Assembly: GCF_001194135.2 (NCBI RefSeq)
Contig: NC_068985.1
Coordinates: 39,262,315 to 39,317,745 of the forward strand
DNA: 55,431 nucleotides
Direction of reading: 5' to 3'
Source: Octopus bimaculoides
Lineage: Eukaryota
Below, one piece after another: positions 1-13,255 of the stretch. Made by a program: the position numbers and the translations under genes. The notes beneath the pieces were generated by a model, which ran no database searches, was not told the origin of the DNA, and saw only the letters and a list, made by a program, of their open reading frames with translations. How positions within the stretch are numbered: position 1 is the stretch's first letter; every line of letters begins with the position of its first letter.

Positions 1-32
<32 letters not shown>

Positions 33-49
33 TAGATAGATAGATAGAT

Positions 50-124
<75 letters not shown>

Positions 125-125
125 T
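1..125. repeat. (TA)n followed by (GATA)n microsatellite
   Basis: Directly visible tandem units. Confidence 0.98.
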
Positions 126-1721
126 ACAGACAGGCATACATACATACACACAAAATTATCCTGTTGTTTGTTGATGTTGAAATTCCAATGAAGGAGCCTT
201 GGATATAGATTAGAAACCGGTTCTTTCTCCATTGGCAAGAAATCTTGAAATAAACTGAATAATGACATACATACATACAGGAATGAGACTAATTATAAGA
301 TTGAGAGACGGGAAGAAAAGATATAGGGATACGTTCAACTGTTTGCATGCCCATTCGAATTCCGTTATGCAGTATTATAGCAAATGCACAGAAAATAAGG
401 TATGAACCTAAATATGATGTTAAGTCCTGCCTTAAAATGTCTGACTCGATCATATGAACGTTATGTTGAACATAGGCATAAAAACTGTTTCTTCTTTATA
501 ATCGATAAACAGTTGCTATGACAACAAACCCTACTTAAATTCAGAGATCCACACTTGAAGATTACATACGTCGTCCCTAATAGCTATTGCGCTCTTAAAC
601 GATAAGATCACGTGTATGTCTAGAAATGTGTGTGTATGTATGTGTATGTGCGTGTGCATGTGTGTGTACGAGAAAATATTTATGTCCCTCTTTTATGCTC
701 AATATATATATATGTGTGTGTGTGTACGTATATAAAAATCCATGTTTATATACGTACATATATACACACACATATATATATATATATGTATATATATGTA
801 TATATATATATANNNNNNNNNNNNNNNNNNNNNNNNNNNNNNNNNNNNNNNNNNNNNNNNNNNNNNNNNNNNNNNNNNNNNNNNNNNNNNNNNNNNNNNN
901 NNNNNNNNNNNNNNNNNNNNNNNNNNNNNNNNNNNNNNNNNNNNNNNNNNNNNNNNNNNNNNNNNNNNNNNNNNNNNNNNNNNNNNNNNNNNNNNNNNNN
1001 NNNNNNNNNNNNNNNNNNNNNNNNNNNNNNNNNNNNNNNNNNNNNNNNNNNNNNNNNNNNNNNNNNNNNNNNNNNNNNNNNNNNNNNNNNNNNNNNNNNN
1101 NNNNNNNNNNNNNNNNNNNNNNNNNNNNNNNNNNNNNNNNNNNNNNNNNNNNNNNNNNNNNNNNNNNNNNNNNNNNNNNNNNNNNNNNNNNNNNNNNNNN
1201 NNNNNNNNNNNNNNNNNNNNNNNNNNNNNNNNNNNNNNNNNNNNNNNNNNNNNNNNNNNNNNNNNNNNNNNNNNNNNNNNNNNNNNNNNNNNNNNNNNNN
1301 NNNNNNNNNNNNNNNNNNNNNNNNNNNNNNNNNNNNNNNNNNNNNNNNNNNNNNNNNNNNNNNNNNNNNNNNNNNNNNNNNNNNNNNNNNNNNNNNNNNN
1401 NNNNNNNNNNNNNNNNNNNNNNNNNNNNNNNNNNNNNNNNNNNNNNNNNNNNNNNNNNNNNNNNNNNNNNNNNNNNNNNNNNNNNNNNNNNNNNNNNNNN
1501 NNNNNNNNACAGGATTGGCCAAAAGTCACCCTAGAGTAAATCAAAATTCCATAAATACTTAATATTCAATTTTATTCATTCATTTGAAAAAATGTGTCGC
1601 TCAAGAAGGACTTCAGTTTGAACAATTTTCATGATGTTTCATATTTAGACTCTTTTATTAAATTCATTCAATTGTTAAACATAAATAGATCTTGGAATTA
1701 AAAGGTTTTGATTTACTGTCT

Positions 1722-1757
1722 GGCGGCGGCGGCGGCGGCAGTGGCAGCAGCAGTGTC

Positions 1758-1823
<66 letters not shown>

Positions 1824-1864
1824 GGTGGGAATGGCGGCAGCAACAGTGACATTAGTAGTGACAT

Positions 1865-1927
<63 letters not shown>

Positions 1928-2122
1928 CGATGGTCGTCGTCGTCGTCGCCCGTCGAAGTGGCAGTCTTAGTAGAGAGGGGTGGCTTCTATTACTATCTTA
2001 CGTTCTGTTTCTATTCCACTCTGCTTTATTGAGTATAATGAGAGTGAAATACGCTGATATCGAGTTTAAAGATAATTTAATGACCATAATGATGTTGTTG
2101 TTTGTCGTTGTTGTTATTGTTA

Positions 2123-2169
<47 letters not shown>

Positions 2170-2520
2170 ACACATCATAACCATCATCACATCGTCGTCA
2201 TCATGAAGACGACGAAGCTAGTAATTATAATTATGTCGATAAATCAACCATATTGATATCAACACACTCATTGATATCGACGTCACGTCATCATTATCAA
2301 GCTCCTCAACATCATCATCATCATCATCATCATCTTCGTCATCACCAGTACCACCACCAACAACGACCACCACCACTGCCGTCAGGATCATCGTCATCAT
2401 CATCATCATCATCATCATCACATCATTATCATCATCGTCATCATCATCATCATCATCATTACCAACAACCTCATCATCAATACCACCACCACCAGCACCA
2501 TCGTCATCATCAGCTACACA
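1722..2520. repeat. Compound trinucleotide repeat region (GGC, AGC, AGT, GGT, GAT, CAT, CAC)
   Basis: Visible runs; these explain the poly-Ser/Val/Asp/His ORFs in the track. Confidence 0.95.
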
Positions 2521-2679
2521 TTGCTATCACTAATGACACCATTATAATAGCGCACTTTACCTCCGTTGGAATAGACAGTAATTAATTATCCATCATTACC
2601 ATTATATATTACTAATATATATATATTTGCAAGTGGTTATTCATTCCCAACATTTCTTACTCTGTCTTCGCATACATGC

Positions 2680-2712
<33 letters not shown>

Positions 2713-2772
2713 CGCCTGTGCACGTCTGCGTGGGAGTGTGCGTGGGTGTGTGCGTGTGTGGGGGTGCGTGTG

Positions 2773-3742
2773 AGAGTTCAGTCCCACTGCGTGAAACCTT
2801 GCTATGGCCTCGGGCTGACCAAAGCCTTGTGAGTCGGTTTGGTAGACGGAAACTGAAAGAAGACCGTCGTATGTAGGAAGAATTCACAAAAAAAAAACGA
2901 AAGACGAAGACAGGTGGCATAGAAAACAAACAGATGTGCTAGTAAAACGCTCGGGAATTGAAAAAGTCTTTAACGTTTCCAGCCTACGCTCTTCCATAGA
3001 AAGGAATACAGAAAGAAATAAAGAGAGAAACAAGGAGTGCGTGTGTGTGTGTGTGTGTGTGTGNNNNNNNNNNNNNNNNNNNNNNNNNNNNNNNNNNNNN
3101 NNNNNNNNNNNNNNNNNNNNNNNNNNNNNNNNNNNNNNNNNNNNNNNNNNNNNNNNNNNNNNNNNNNNNNNNNNNNNNNNNNNNNNNNNNNNNNNNNNNN
3201 NNNNNNNNNNNNNNNNNNNNNNNNNNNNNNNNNNNNNNNNNNNNNNNNNNNNNNNNNNNNNNNNNNNNNNNNNNNNNNNNNNNNNNNNNNNNNNNNNNNN
3301 NNNNNNNNNNNNNNNNNNNNNNNNNNNNNNNNNNNNNNNNNNNNNNNNNNNNNNNNNNNNNNNNNNNNNNNNNNNNNNNNNNNNNNNNNNNNNNNNNNNN
3401 NNNNNNNNNNNNNNNNNNNNNNNNNNNNNNNNNNNNNNNNNNNNNNNNNNNNNNNNNNNNNNNNNNNNNNNNNNNNNNNNNNNNNNNNNNNNNNNNNNNN
3501 NNNNNNNNNNNNNNNNNNNNNNNNNNNNNNNNNNNNNNNNNNNNNNNNNNNNNNNNNNNNNNNNNNNNNNNNNNNNNNNNNNNNNNNNNNNNNNNNNNNN
3601 NNNNNNNNNNNNNNNNNNNNNNNNNNNNNNNNNNNNNNNNNNNNNNNNNNNNNNNNNNNNNNNNNNNNNNNNNNNNNNNNNNNNNNNNNNNNNNNNNNNN
3701 NNNNNNNNNNNNNNNNNNNNNNNNNNNNNNNNNNNNNNNNNN

Positions 3743-3813
<71 letters not shown>

Positions 3814-4018
3814 GTGTGTGTCTGTGTGTGTTTGCTCCCCCATCACCGCTTAACAACCGTTGTTGGTGTGTTTACGTTCCCATAATCTAGACGTTCGGCA
3901 AAAAAGCCCGATATAATAAGGACCAAACTTAAAAATAAATACTGGAGTTGATTCGTTCGGCTAAAATTTCAATGTGGTGCTCTAGCATCGCCGCAGACTG
4001 AAACAGGAAAAAGATAAA
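2773..4018 (+). mobile_element. SINE family B (CORE-like, internal microsatellite), split by a Penelope-like insert, (TG)n and an N-gap
   Basis: 5' part 2773-2872 (GTTCAGTCCCACTGCGTG...GGTAGACGGAAACTGAAAGAAG) and 3' part 3822-4018 (...GCCGCAGACTGAAACAGG) match the two halves of the copy at 35291-35765. Confidence 0.8.
2878..3036 (-). mobile_element. Probable Penelope-like LTR fragment with degenerate hammerhead-like motif
   Basis: Minus strand reads CTATGGA-A-GAGC-GTAG-GCTG-GAAAC (2999-2975), resembling a minimal hammerhead core. Family assignment is from memory. Confidence 0.5.
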
Positions 4019-4240
4019 ACAAAAGTTGAATACGTTTCAGCAACAGCCGTGTGTGCGTTCTTCGTCGGGTGTAGCCTGATATCCACCATCCCCGAGTTAT
4101 AATATACTTATATTAATCATAGGCAAAGAGGAGTTCCAGATGTATATCCAGCCCTGCAATATGCCATGCTGTAGGATAACATGTGGTAGCCAAATAACGG
4201 CATTAAAGCTATTAAATACACGTTACGAGGTTTTCACCAG

Positions 4241-4292
<52 letters not shown>

Positions 4293-4314
4293 ATGTATAT
4301 ATATATATAAGAAA

Positions 4315-4500
4315 TAATTGAGATTCAGTTGAATTACGTACTTAAGTTGAAACACCAAGTCAGTCAGGTATTATCCGTACAACTCGAAGTAACGTGAATA
4401 AAATTAAAATAAACAACAGGATATCAAGAGGTGATGCAGTACGACCATTTCAAGCGGCCCCATTTAATTGAACAGTGCAACCATTACAATCATTACATGC
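4315..4500 (+). repeat. Unclassified dispersed repeat starting just after a (TA)n tract; shorter relative of 33710-34060
   Basis: 4315-4356 vs 33710-33751 are 35/42 identical ungapped; a second shared block is TTTCAAGCG...TTTAATT. Confidence 0.7.
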
Positions 4501-4616
4501 AATCATTACAATGCAGGGCTATCCTCAGCTGCATAATTAAATAGAACTTTGAATCAGTTGGAGGCATTAATATAATTTTACTCAAAATCTCTAATAGAGC
4601 AAGAAAAAGGAAAGTG

Positions 4617-5340
4617 TCCATGTTGCTACTCCTTATGGCCGTCTCCATACGTATACTCGGCCGGTGGTCGAAAATAAAGTAAAGGATGAGTCGTCTGAGA
4701 AAATAACATCCTTCCACTGCCCTGGGGACTAATTCTGTAGGATTTTACTCCACTCTAAACGTTTTGCAACGTTTGTTTTTTAAAGTAGTGGTTTTCTGAT
4801 TGCAGCCCTCCCGTGAAATCCAGCTTTGTGCAGCTCCCGTCGAACAGTTTTTGTGGAAACTGGGTTCTCAAGGTGGTCATTAAGCTCTGCAGTAATTTTG
4901 GGAGCTGTAATTTTGTGATCTTTTCTAACAATTCACGTAAGAGTCCGACGGTCCTCATCTGAAAGTTTTCGTTTTCTTCCGGAGTTTTGTTTCGACGAGG
5001 AGGTTTTTCCTTCTTTCTCAATGGCTGTCATTACTTTCGAGACAGTACTTCTTTATACATCAAACACTTCGGCTGTTTTTGTTACGCTAGCGCCTGACAT
5101 ACGAGCACCAACAATTTGACCTCTTTGAAACTCCGATAGATCTGACATTTTAATGAATGTTAATTACCTTTTTTCTGACGATATCTGAAAAGAAACAGCA
5201 ATTTTATCAAAACATATTGAACAACACTAATAATAAATCAAAAAACATAAAAATAAAAAAAAAGATTTTGACGATTTTATAGATATTTCAAAATTATGAT
5301 GCTATGACGCTAGGTGCTTCCATTATTTTGTCCAACCCTG
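4617..5340 (-). mobile_element. Tc1-like transposon, 5' TIR plus N-terminal transposase pseudogene, 3' truncated
   Basis: From ATG at 5148: [38 protein letters not shown]...SGRKRKLS...AAIRKPLL...WKDVIFSDDSSF (paired-like HTH and first catalytic D, several stops). End motif CAGGGTTGGACAAAATAATGG at 5340. Confidence 0.92.
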
Positions 5341-6103
5341 TGTCAGAAGGAGAGAAGGATCGTAGAGAGACATCTATGTATCATTCTTAACATATATACA
5401 CAATTCACAGACAAGATACTGTACATTGAGTCTGAGATGAAGTATCATATAGACGTGCTTCGTTTAAAACACTACAAATCGGAATGAAACAAAAAAATCC
5501 TCCCGACAGCGGCTAGTGAGAACAACTGATGAACTTTAGCATTATTTTCAATGACGGTTATACGCAATCACATTCCTAGACGGAAATCTATCGCCATCAA
5601 TATATAGTAAACATATATGCTCACTGATATTGCAAACAGCTGCCGAGCTACAAAAAGAATCGGTGTACGCAATTAAAGCAGTATTTGATTAAAATAGCCA
5701 TTTATCTTTCATACGTTATGCATATACACCTTGATAGGCTGTAATTTTCGTTCGAGGAAAGCTCTTTCACAGTTGTATTGTGCTAAAAATACAATACACA
5801 TCGAGTTTTATTCAGCTCAGTTGGTTATTCGCAATATCAGCGAACGTATCATTCACACTTTCAATGCATGGAAGTTGATAAATTTCATATAGACAAGTGG
5901 TTGCGAGATCATGCCATTCGTAAGGTAGAGGTCAAAGAGGTTTTGACGTTTTTCCTCTCACCCCGATATATGTTACATTTCATAAAACAACACATCTGTA
6001 TAAGAAAACACACACTATCTTGCTAGTCATCTATATACATACATTCTCTAAAATACATAGATGACTATTTTTGTTTAACGCTGCTTCAATTGCATACACT
6101 GAA

Positions 6104-6146
<43 letters not shown>

Positions 6147-6951
6147 ACACACACACACACACACACTCACACACATACACACATGCATAAACACACATGC
6201 ATACGTATATATGTATACACACACATACACACATATATGCATATACCTGTGCGCACGCGCACGAATGGATAGGAGTATCTCTTTTCTGATTATTTTTCCA
6301 CTACAGTAATTAGATGCTTATAACTAATGATTTATAAGTATCTGATTAAATTGGATAAGTTATCAGAAAAGCTATTTCTATTCATTTTTTCAAATATATC
6401 ATATACCAAAAATGTCATATACCAAAAATTTCAAATTCTTATATATATATATANNNNNNNNNNNNNNNNNNNNNNNNNNNNNNNNNNNNNNNNNNNNNNN
6501 NNNNNNNNNNNNNNNNNNNNNNNNNNNNNNNNNNNNNNNNNNNNNNNNNNNNNNNNNNNNNNNNNNNNNNNNNNNNNNNNNNNNNNNNNNNNNNNNNNNN
6601 NNNNNNNNNNNNNNNNNNNNNNNNNNNNNNNNNNNNNNNNNNNNNNNNNNNNNNNNNNNNNNNNNNNNNNNNNNNNNNNNNNNNNNNNNNNNNNNNNNNN
6701 NNNNNNNNNNNNNNNNNNNNNNNNNNNNNNNNNNNNNNNNNNNNNNNNNNNNNNNNNNNNNNNNNNNNNNNNNNNNNNNNNNNNNNNNNNNNNNNNNNNN
6801 NNNNNNNNNNNNNNNNNNNNNNNNNNNNNNNNNNNNNNNNNNNNNNNNNNNNNNNNNNNNNNNNNNNNNNNNNNNNNNNNNNNNNNNNNNNNNNNNNNNN
6901 NNNNNNNNNNNNNNNNNNNNNNNNNNNNNNNNNNNNNNNNNNNNNNNNNNN

Positions 6952-7167
6952 GAAATATCTATAAAACTGTCAAAACCTTGTTTATTTTTATGTATTTTGA
7001 TTTATTATTAGTGTTGCTTAATATGTTTTGCTAAAGTTGGTGTTTCTTTTCAGATATCACCAGAAAAAGGTATTTAAAATTCATTAATATGACAGATCTA
7101 TAGGACTTTCTAAGAGGTCAAATTGTTGGTGTTCGTATGGCAGGCGCTAGCGTAACGAAAACAGCCG
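6952..7167 (+). mobile_element. Second copy of the same Tc1 family (leader plus first ~25 codons)
   Basis: Colinear with the reverse complement of 5070-5290 (GAAATATCTATAAAA...AGAGGTCAAATTGTTGGTG...AACAGCCGA). Confidence 0.9.
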
Positions 7168-7260
7168 ACGGTCAGACGGTAATCGATGACGGATGCGATG
7201 TAGGCGTTCGCCACCTCCGCCCGACCTTTTAGGGATTGCTTCCTATCGGCCCATTGCTGG
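7167..7260 (-). mobile_element. Tx1-like LINE ORF2 internal fragment (copy G)
   Basis: Matches 37177-37269; its 5' junction abuts a (GATA)n tract. Confidence 0.88.
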
Positions 7261-7263
7261 ATG

Positions 7264-7322
<59 letters not shown>

Positions 7323-7477
7323 GGAAAGATAAACAGTTAGATAGTTGGATGGATGGATGGATGGATGGATGGATGGATGGCTGGCTGGATGGCTGGCTGG
7401 CTGGCTGGACGGATGGATGGATGGATGGATGGGTGGGTGGATGGATGGATGGGTGAGTGGATGGATGGAATGTTTAC

Positions 7478-7510
<33 letters not shown>

Positions 7511-7512
7511 GA
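7261..7512. repeat. Compound (GATA)n/(GGAT)n/(GGCT)n microsatellite
   Basis: Visible tandem units. Confidence 0.97.
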
Positions 7513-7654
7513 CAGTTGAACTATAATGGCATAGGCATAAACACACATGCACATATAGAAAAATTGGTAGATACATACATAAAAATATATATTTCTATAT
7601 TATATAGATGTATACATACATATTGTGTACACACACACACTCACACACACACAA

Positions 7655-7687
<33 letters not shown>

Positions 7688-7875
7688 CACAAACACGCAC
7701 ACATACACACACTTCATTTTCATGTTATATACTTTTATACATAACGTTGTCTTCACAGAGAAGTCCTTCGCGCCAAGAATCAACCACGAAATGATATTGG
7801 CATCTTTTGATCCCAGTCTTCCATACATCACATCATCATGGAACCAAAAATACACGCATGCAACACAGATTAATA

Positions 7876-7914
<39 letters not shown>

Positions 7915-8634
7915 TATATGCATACACACATATATACAATATTCATACATGTATTTTACTTATTTCGCACTTCACTAATATACTATATTTGCAAGGCCGT
8001 TTTTCTTCTCATTAATTTCTCATTAGAATCTGGCAATGAATGGAATATTTATATTAATACCTAATTCCCGGCGCCAAACCACTTCTTAATTCTATATTTT
8101 AATGCTATTCTGGATTTACAATTTGAAGGAATATATACATTTTTACTTTTATTTGCTACTATGTGAGAATGTATGTGTATGTGTATGAGTGTGTCTGTGT
8201 GTAAGTGTGTTTTTAATATATGTTATTGCACTAATGCTTTTAAAAGTTGTATTTCTTGCTTCTTTTCTTTATATGATAGTGTCACATTATTATTTCTTCA
8301 AATTACATTCCAATTGATATTAAAGAGGTATGTGAATGTGAAGTGAGAAGTGCTAAAAAGGTGGCTTACAAGAAAAACATAGCCAGGATGCAGGGCCCTG
8401 AGTGTGCTTCCCGCTTGTTTTGGGGCTAAATTTGGGGAAGTGTTCTTATCTTTTAGAGAGATGATTCGGGGATTTGTATAGATGTAGATCAATTTTTTTT
8501 TTTTTTGTTTTTTGCTACACATATAGTGTATAGTATAAGGTATGAAGTGCCTTCAAGGAAAAGGAAAAGGAAAGAGACGGTAACAAGTATTAACTTAATA
8601 AGTAGCAATAACAGCAATAATGACTGCTTTTTGA

Positions 8635-9021
8635 TTGTTGTTGTTGGCACTCCGTCGCTTACGACGTCGAGGGTTCCAGTTGATCCGATCAACGGAACAG
8701 CCTCCTCGTGAAATTAACGTGCAAGTGGCTGAGCACTCCACAGACACGTGTACCCTTAACGTAGTTTTCGGGGATATTCAGCGTGACACAGTGTGACAAG
8801 GCTGACCCTTTGAAGTACAGGCACAACAGAAACAGGAAGTAAGAGTGAGAGAAAGTTGTGGTGGAAGAGTACAGCAGGGTTCGCCACCATCCCCTGCCGT
8901 AGCCTCGTGGAGCTTTAGGTGTTTTCGCTCAATAAACACTCACAACGCCCGGTCTGGGAATCGAAACCGCGATCCTATGACCGCGAATCCGCTGCCCTAA
9001 CCACTGGGCTATTGCGCCTCC
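8635..9021 (-). mobile_element. Full-length tRNA-derived SINE (family C) with (CAA)n tail
   Basis: Minus-strand head GGAGGCGCAATAGCCCAGTGGTTAGGG...GGTTTCGATTCCC has A- and B-box-like motifs, followed by a unique body and CAACAACAA tail. Confidence 0.85.
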
Positions 9022-9239
9022 GCTTTTTGATTACGTCTTTGGAAAATTACAAGTCACTGCTTCTGGAATAGCGAGATCGACTAAAGGAAGTCGTTTTGTC
9101 TACAATGACAACAACACCAAGAGTTGACAATGAACAAAGAGCCAAGGTTTCTCTTTCTTTAGCACAAGAACTACTACTGATCACAAGCGATGATGAAGTG
9201 GAGCTCCAGTATAAAGAGTAAAAAGACGGGCAAAAAGTA

Positions 9240-9900
9240 AGCAAAACTCAGACGTGAAGTTGACTAGTCGGTTTCGGGAGTCTTTTATGCTGGAGCCCGT
9301 GGATAATATCCGGAAATCTCTGGCTAAGCACTGCTGCCCGTAGGCAGTGGCGATTCGAAATAAACTCTATAAGCACGGAAGTGATTTTAGCCTGGCCAAT
9401 TCGCGATGCTTGTAGAGCGACGAAACTGAACTGCACGCATTCGTCTTGTGTCCAAACATTACTGACATTATCGAAAATTTGCTGTCGAGTATAGGAGGAT
9501 CTGGTTTTAGCTGAATCTATGGTGAAGATCATCCCGATGCCTTTCTAGATGGATGGAAAGCAGAGAATTCTTCAATTTCCCAGTGGCTTAGGAGAAAGAT
9601 GTCGTGAGATGGACGCGACTGAAAGGGTTGATGATAATTACTTTCTTCTTCGGACAAGGCCATATCAGTTTTCAATTTTCCCTTCAAAACGAAAGTAAGA
9701 GCGGCGAAGGAAGTGCTACCTTACAGCAAGTTTGTTGAAAGGTGAATGAGAGTGGCAAGTATGGTCCGAGTGAATGCCTTTGCTCTGAGCATGAGCCTGT
9801 AGATTGAAGAATTAGAATAGAGAGAGGACACTTCTCAGGGTGATCGTAGTTTTATTTAGGTTTTCACAAACATCCCTCGGCGGTCTCTCCCTTCTCGAGA
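9240..9900 (+). mobile_element. Old, degenerate Tx1-like LINE ORF2 C-terminus plus 3' UTR (copy A)
   Basis: Translates with stops to PVDNIRKSLA...IRNKLYKHGS...RCL*SDETELHAFVLCP and ...VASMVRVNAFALSMSL* (stop 9800-9802), homologous to copies B and D. Confidence 0.8.
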
Positions 9901-9949
9901 ATTCTTTTGTTTTTCCTTTTGCTTCTGTTTCTTCTGCTGAGTAGAAAGG

Positions 9950-9960
9950 ATTATTATTAT

Positions 9961-10013
<53 letters not shown>

Positions 10014-10050
10014 ATAGTAGTAGTAGTAGTGGTGGTGGTGGTGGTAGCTG
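9950..10050. repeat. (TTA)/(TAG)n/(TGG)n trinucleotide repeat
   Basis: Visible tandem units. Confidence 0.95.
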
Positions 10051-12829
10051 TTGTTGGTTGTTTTATCATTTACTGTTTCTTATTTCTATAAGCGTACATA
10101 TTGCAGCTCTTAGTCAAAGTGAAATTGAAATTAAATCTCATCAGGTCTCGAGTACTTTTCTTCATAATATTCACATATCTAAAGAATATCTCTGAATTTC
10201 AATTTTAATATTTCTGGTGGATTTGTAGGAGATTAAACCTAGTGCTCTCATCATATTGCACTTATTGTTCTTTCTCCACACTCTAAGCTTTCAGTCGTTG
10301 TCAATCTTGAGGATTTGCTTTGTAAATAATACTATGTCTAGCAGTTATAGATGCATTATTCATTAAAAGATCAATACTTTTCCTCTGCTGACCGGCATTG
10401 TAATCGTCAATTGTTCAAACTACGCATATTTCTTGCTCAAAAAATGTAGACGACTAAGCTGTTTAAAATCTTACTATATTTAGCTACAGAGTCTCCAGAA
10501 CTTTTTCAAATAATTCTTGGTCGATTTAGCACAAACTTGAACTGTATGTTTTTTTCGAAGTTTCCAATATTATCTGTACCACACGAGCCACAACGATTTA
10601 TATCATCGTCCTGTTTACAGCATCTGGTGAAAACAGTTTTCTTGTCAGACATACATTTAAATTTTCACAGATGGCAAATATCTTTCTTAAATTTATTTAC
10701 ACAGAGTCTTTTAATTTGGAATTATACCAGTGTCACTCATAAATTCCTCCTTTAAATAGTTGGTTAATACATTACTTTGGCTTCGTCAGTTTACCAATGA
10801 ACTGCGAAGTTCTTTAATTTTCAATCTTTCTCCTCGGCTTTTTTCTTCTTCTTTGTACACGTCTATTTTGGGTATGTAAATTTCTTCATATTGTTTGCCA
10901 TATTTTTTGTCAGTTAGTTGGTCTGTTTAAGCAAACTGTTTCATATATAGGTTTGTTTCCTGGAATTAACTATTTCAAGGTGCGGTTTCAAATTTCACAT
11001 TGAAGAGTATATATATATATATATATATATATATATNNNNNNNNNNNNNNNNNNNNNNNNNNNNNNTATATATTGTTTCGCTAATACAGTGGCAATAGAA
11101 ATAAAGTAGAATATAAACATCTTTAGTGAAAAAACATCGTTGTCTATCAGACCTATCTTCCCATCGATAAACCTTAAAGACTACATGACGTATAAAAAAA
11201 TAAGTCTTTTATTTACTTTGAGAGGTAAATAAGTGGAATTTTACTTAATTCATCCAGCCAGCCATCTCCAACAACCCCTATTCCAGCGAGTCGCTGGTGT
11301 TGAGCTCCAAGCGCCTCTTGTATAGGGTCCTGTCAGAAGCAGTTGTTATTACACTTTCCCGATAGATTAACAACTGTGATCAACAAAGACTATATATATT
11401 ATCAAAGCATAACACCCTTGGTCTACTTCTATGTCTCCTACCGGTTGGCTCAGTTTCAAGAATCTGTCTTGAGATCCTTTCGTATGACAATCTAACCATA
11501 TGTCCGTAGTACCGGAGCTGTGACCTCTCATTCTACCGTTTTACTTTCAGTCATTACATCACTGTCAAAGGTGGCTATTATTTGTTCATACTTCTGTCCT
11601 AGGCAATATAACCTTCTGAGTTTACATTAATTATTTCAGCACTAGAGGCGTTGATATTACTCTGCTACATGTAGAGTTAAAACAAATGCTTTAATTCGAT
11701 CTGGTACAAAACTGATAGCTATTTCATCAACGGTGATGTTTTCCTTGACAAGGAAAGAAAGCAACATCACCGTTTTCCTGTCAGCAACTTTCAGAGGATT
11801 GTATAGCTAAGCAAGCGCATATACCGTANNNNNNNNNNNNNNNNNNNNNNNNNNNNNNNNNNNNNNNNNNNNNNNNNNNNNNNNNNNNNNNNNNNNNNNN
11901 NNNNNNNNNNNNNNNNNNNNNNNNNNNNNNNNNNNNNNNNNNNNNNNNNNNNNNNNNNNNNNNNNNNNNNNNNNNNNNNNNNNNNNNNNNNNNNNNNNNN
12001 NNNNNNNNNNNNNNNNNNNNNNNNNNNNNNNNNNNNNNNNNNNNNNNNNNNNNNNNNNNNNNNNNNNNNNNNNNNNNNNNNNNNNNNNNNNNNNNNNNNN
12101 NNNNNNNNNNNNNNNNNNNNNNNNNNNNNNNNNNNNNNNNNNNNNNNNNNNNNNNNNNNNNNNNNNNNNNNNNNNNNNNNNNNNNNNNNNNNNNNNNNNN
12201 NNNNNNNNNNNNNNNNNNNNNNNNNNNNNNNNNNNNNNNNNNNNNNNNNNNNNNNNNNNNNNNNNNNNNNNNNNNNNNNNNNNNNNNNNNNNNNNNNNNN
12301 NNNNNNNNNNNNNNNNNNNNNNNNNNNNNNNNNNNNNNNNNNNNNNNNNNNNNNNNNNNNNNNNNNNNNNNNNNNNNNNNNNNNNNNNNNNNNNNNNNNN
12401 NNNNNNNNNNNNNNNNNNNNNNNNNNNNNNNNNNNNNNNNNNNNNNNNNNNNNNNNNNNNNNNNNNNNNNNNNNNNNNNNNNNNNNNNNNNNNNNNNNNN
12501 NNNNNNNNNNNNNNNTATATATCAGTGAGCCTAGAGACTGCTTGGAGACACAAGGCGTTTTATAAAAGCTTGCCTGAAATCGCATCTTCAATGCACGAAA
12601 CAATTAGTAGCTCGTATTTTTTTCTTTATTGTCTACATTAAATGATATTTATCTCTCACTGGATGAAATACTTTTTTTGTTGATCTAGGCTCTTTATCCT
12701 TCCTAAATGAGAAATCCCGAAGAGAAGTAACTCTGAGCAGATTTAAAGCCGTAGCTTTAACTAAGAGACTGTCAACAATATTGTCTGAGTTATGCTGTTG
12801 GACTGCTCGGTCAGAAATAAATTCAAGTT

Positions 12830-13020
12830 TCGGCTCAAAACCTGCTCAAAGTAACCTCTCCCTTCGGTATTTCACGTTAAGGAAGGCTAAAGAACCAGAA
12901 ACGCTGCGTCTAGGAATCAGATAAAGGGCAACACTAATTAGATATGGTACTTTTACAGCTTATACGACAAATTAAAATCTTTTTCTCCAGAGTAACGGCA
13001 GTGAATTTGCCTTTTTCACA
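12830..13020 (+). repeat. Unclassified dispersed repeat, second copy at 45065-45250
   Basis: Shared blocks AACCTCTC.CTTCGGTATTTC, GGCAACACT, TCTCCA.GTAAC.GCAGTGAATTTGCCTTT. Confidence 0.7.
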
Positions 13021-13151
13021 AACATATTTTAACTAACCTAAACTTCAGTTCGTGCATGCATAATGACTCCTTGGTGCTGATATTATTGAATATATGTGTC
13101 AGTAAGTGTGTGTGTGTGTGTGTACACGCACACACACGCACATATATATAT

Positions 13152-13255
13152 ACTACGTCTACGAAATCCACTCAAAATATTTTAGTCGATCTGGGGCTAC
13201 AGTAGAAGACACCTGCATAAGGTCCTACGCAGTGAGACCGAACCCAAAACCACAT
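13152..13255 (-). mobile_element. Partial SINE family B (5' half)
   Basis: GTCTACGAAATCCACTC...GGCTACAGTAGAAGACAC...ACGCAGTGAGACCGAACCC matches 34665-34760. Confidence 0.75.

Noticed and set aside
1664-2585. Poly-Ser/Gly, poly-Val/Asp and His-rich ORFs
   Set aside because: All frames are translations of perfect trinucleotide microsatellites; no splice or codon evidence for a real low-complexity protein.
4755-5021. 88-aa ORF MRKKEKPP...
   Set aside because: An off-frame reading of the Tc1 transposase pseudogene; the homologous frame contains stops.
7040-7075. Apparent micro-exon TTTCAG|ATATCACCAGAAAAAG|GTATTT
   Set aside because: It lies in the Tc1 leader and recurs in the other Tc1 copy (5165-5200), so it is not evidence of a host exon.
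8950-9021. tRNA-like sequence
   Set aside because: It is a SINE head: no acceptor-stem closure, and it continues into a SINE body and tail.
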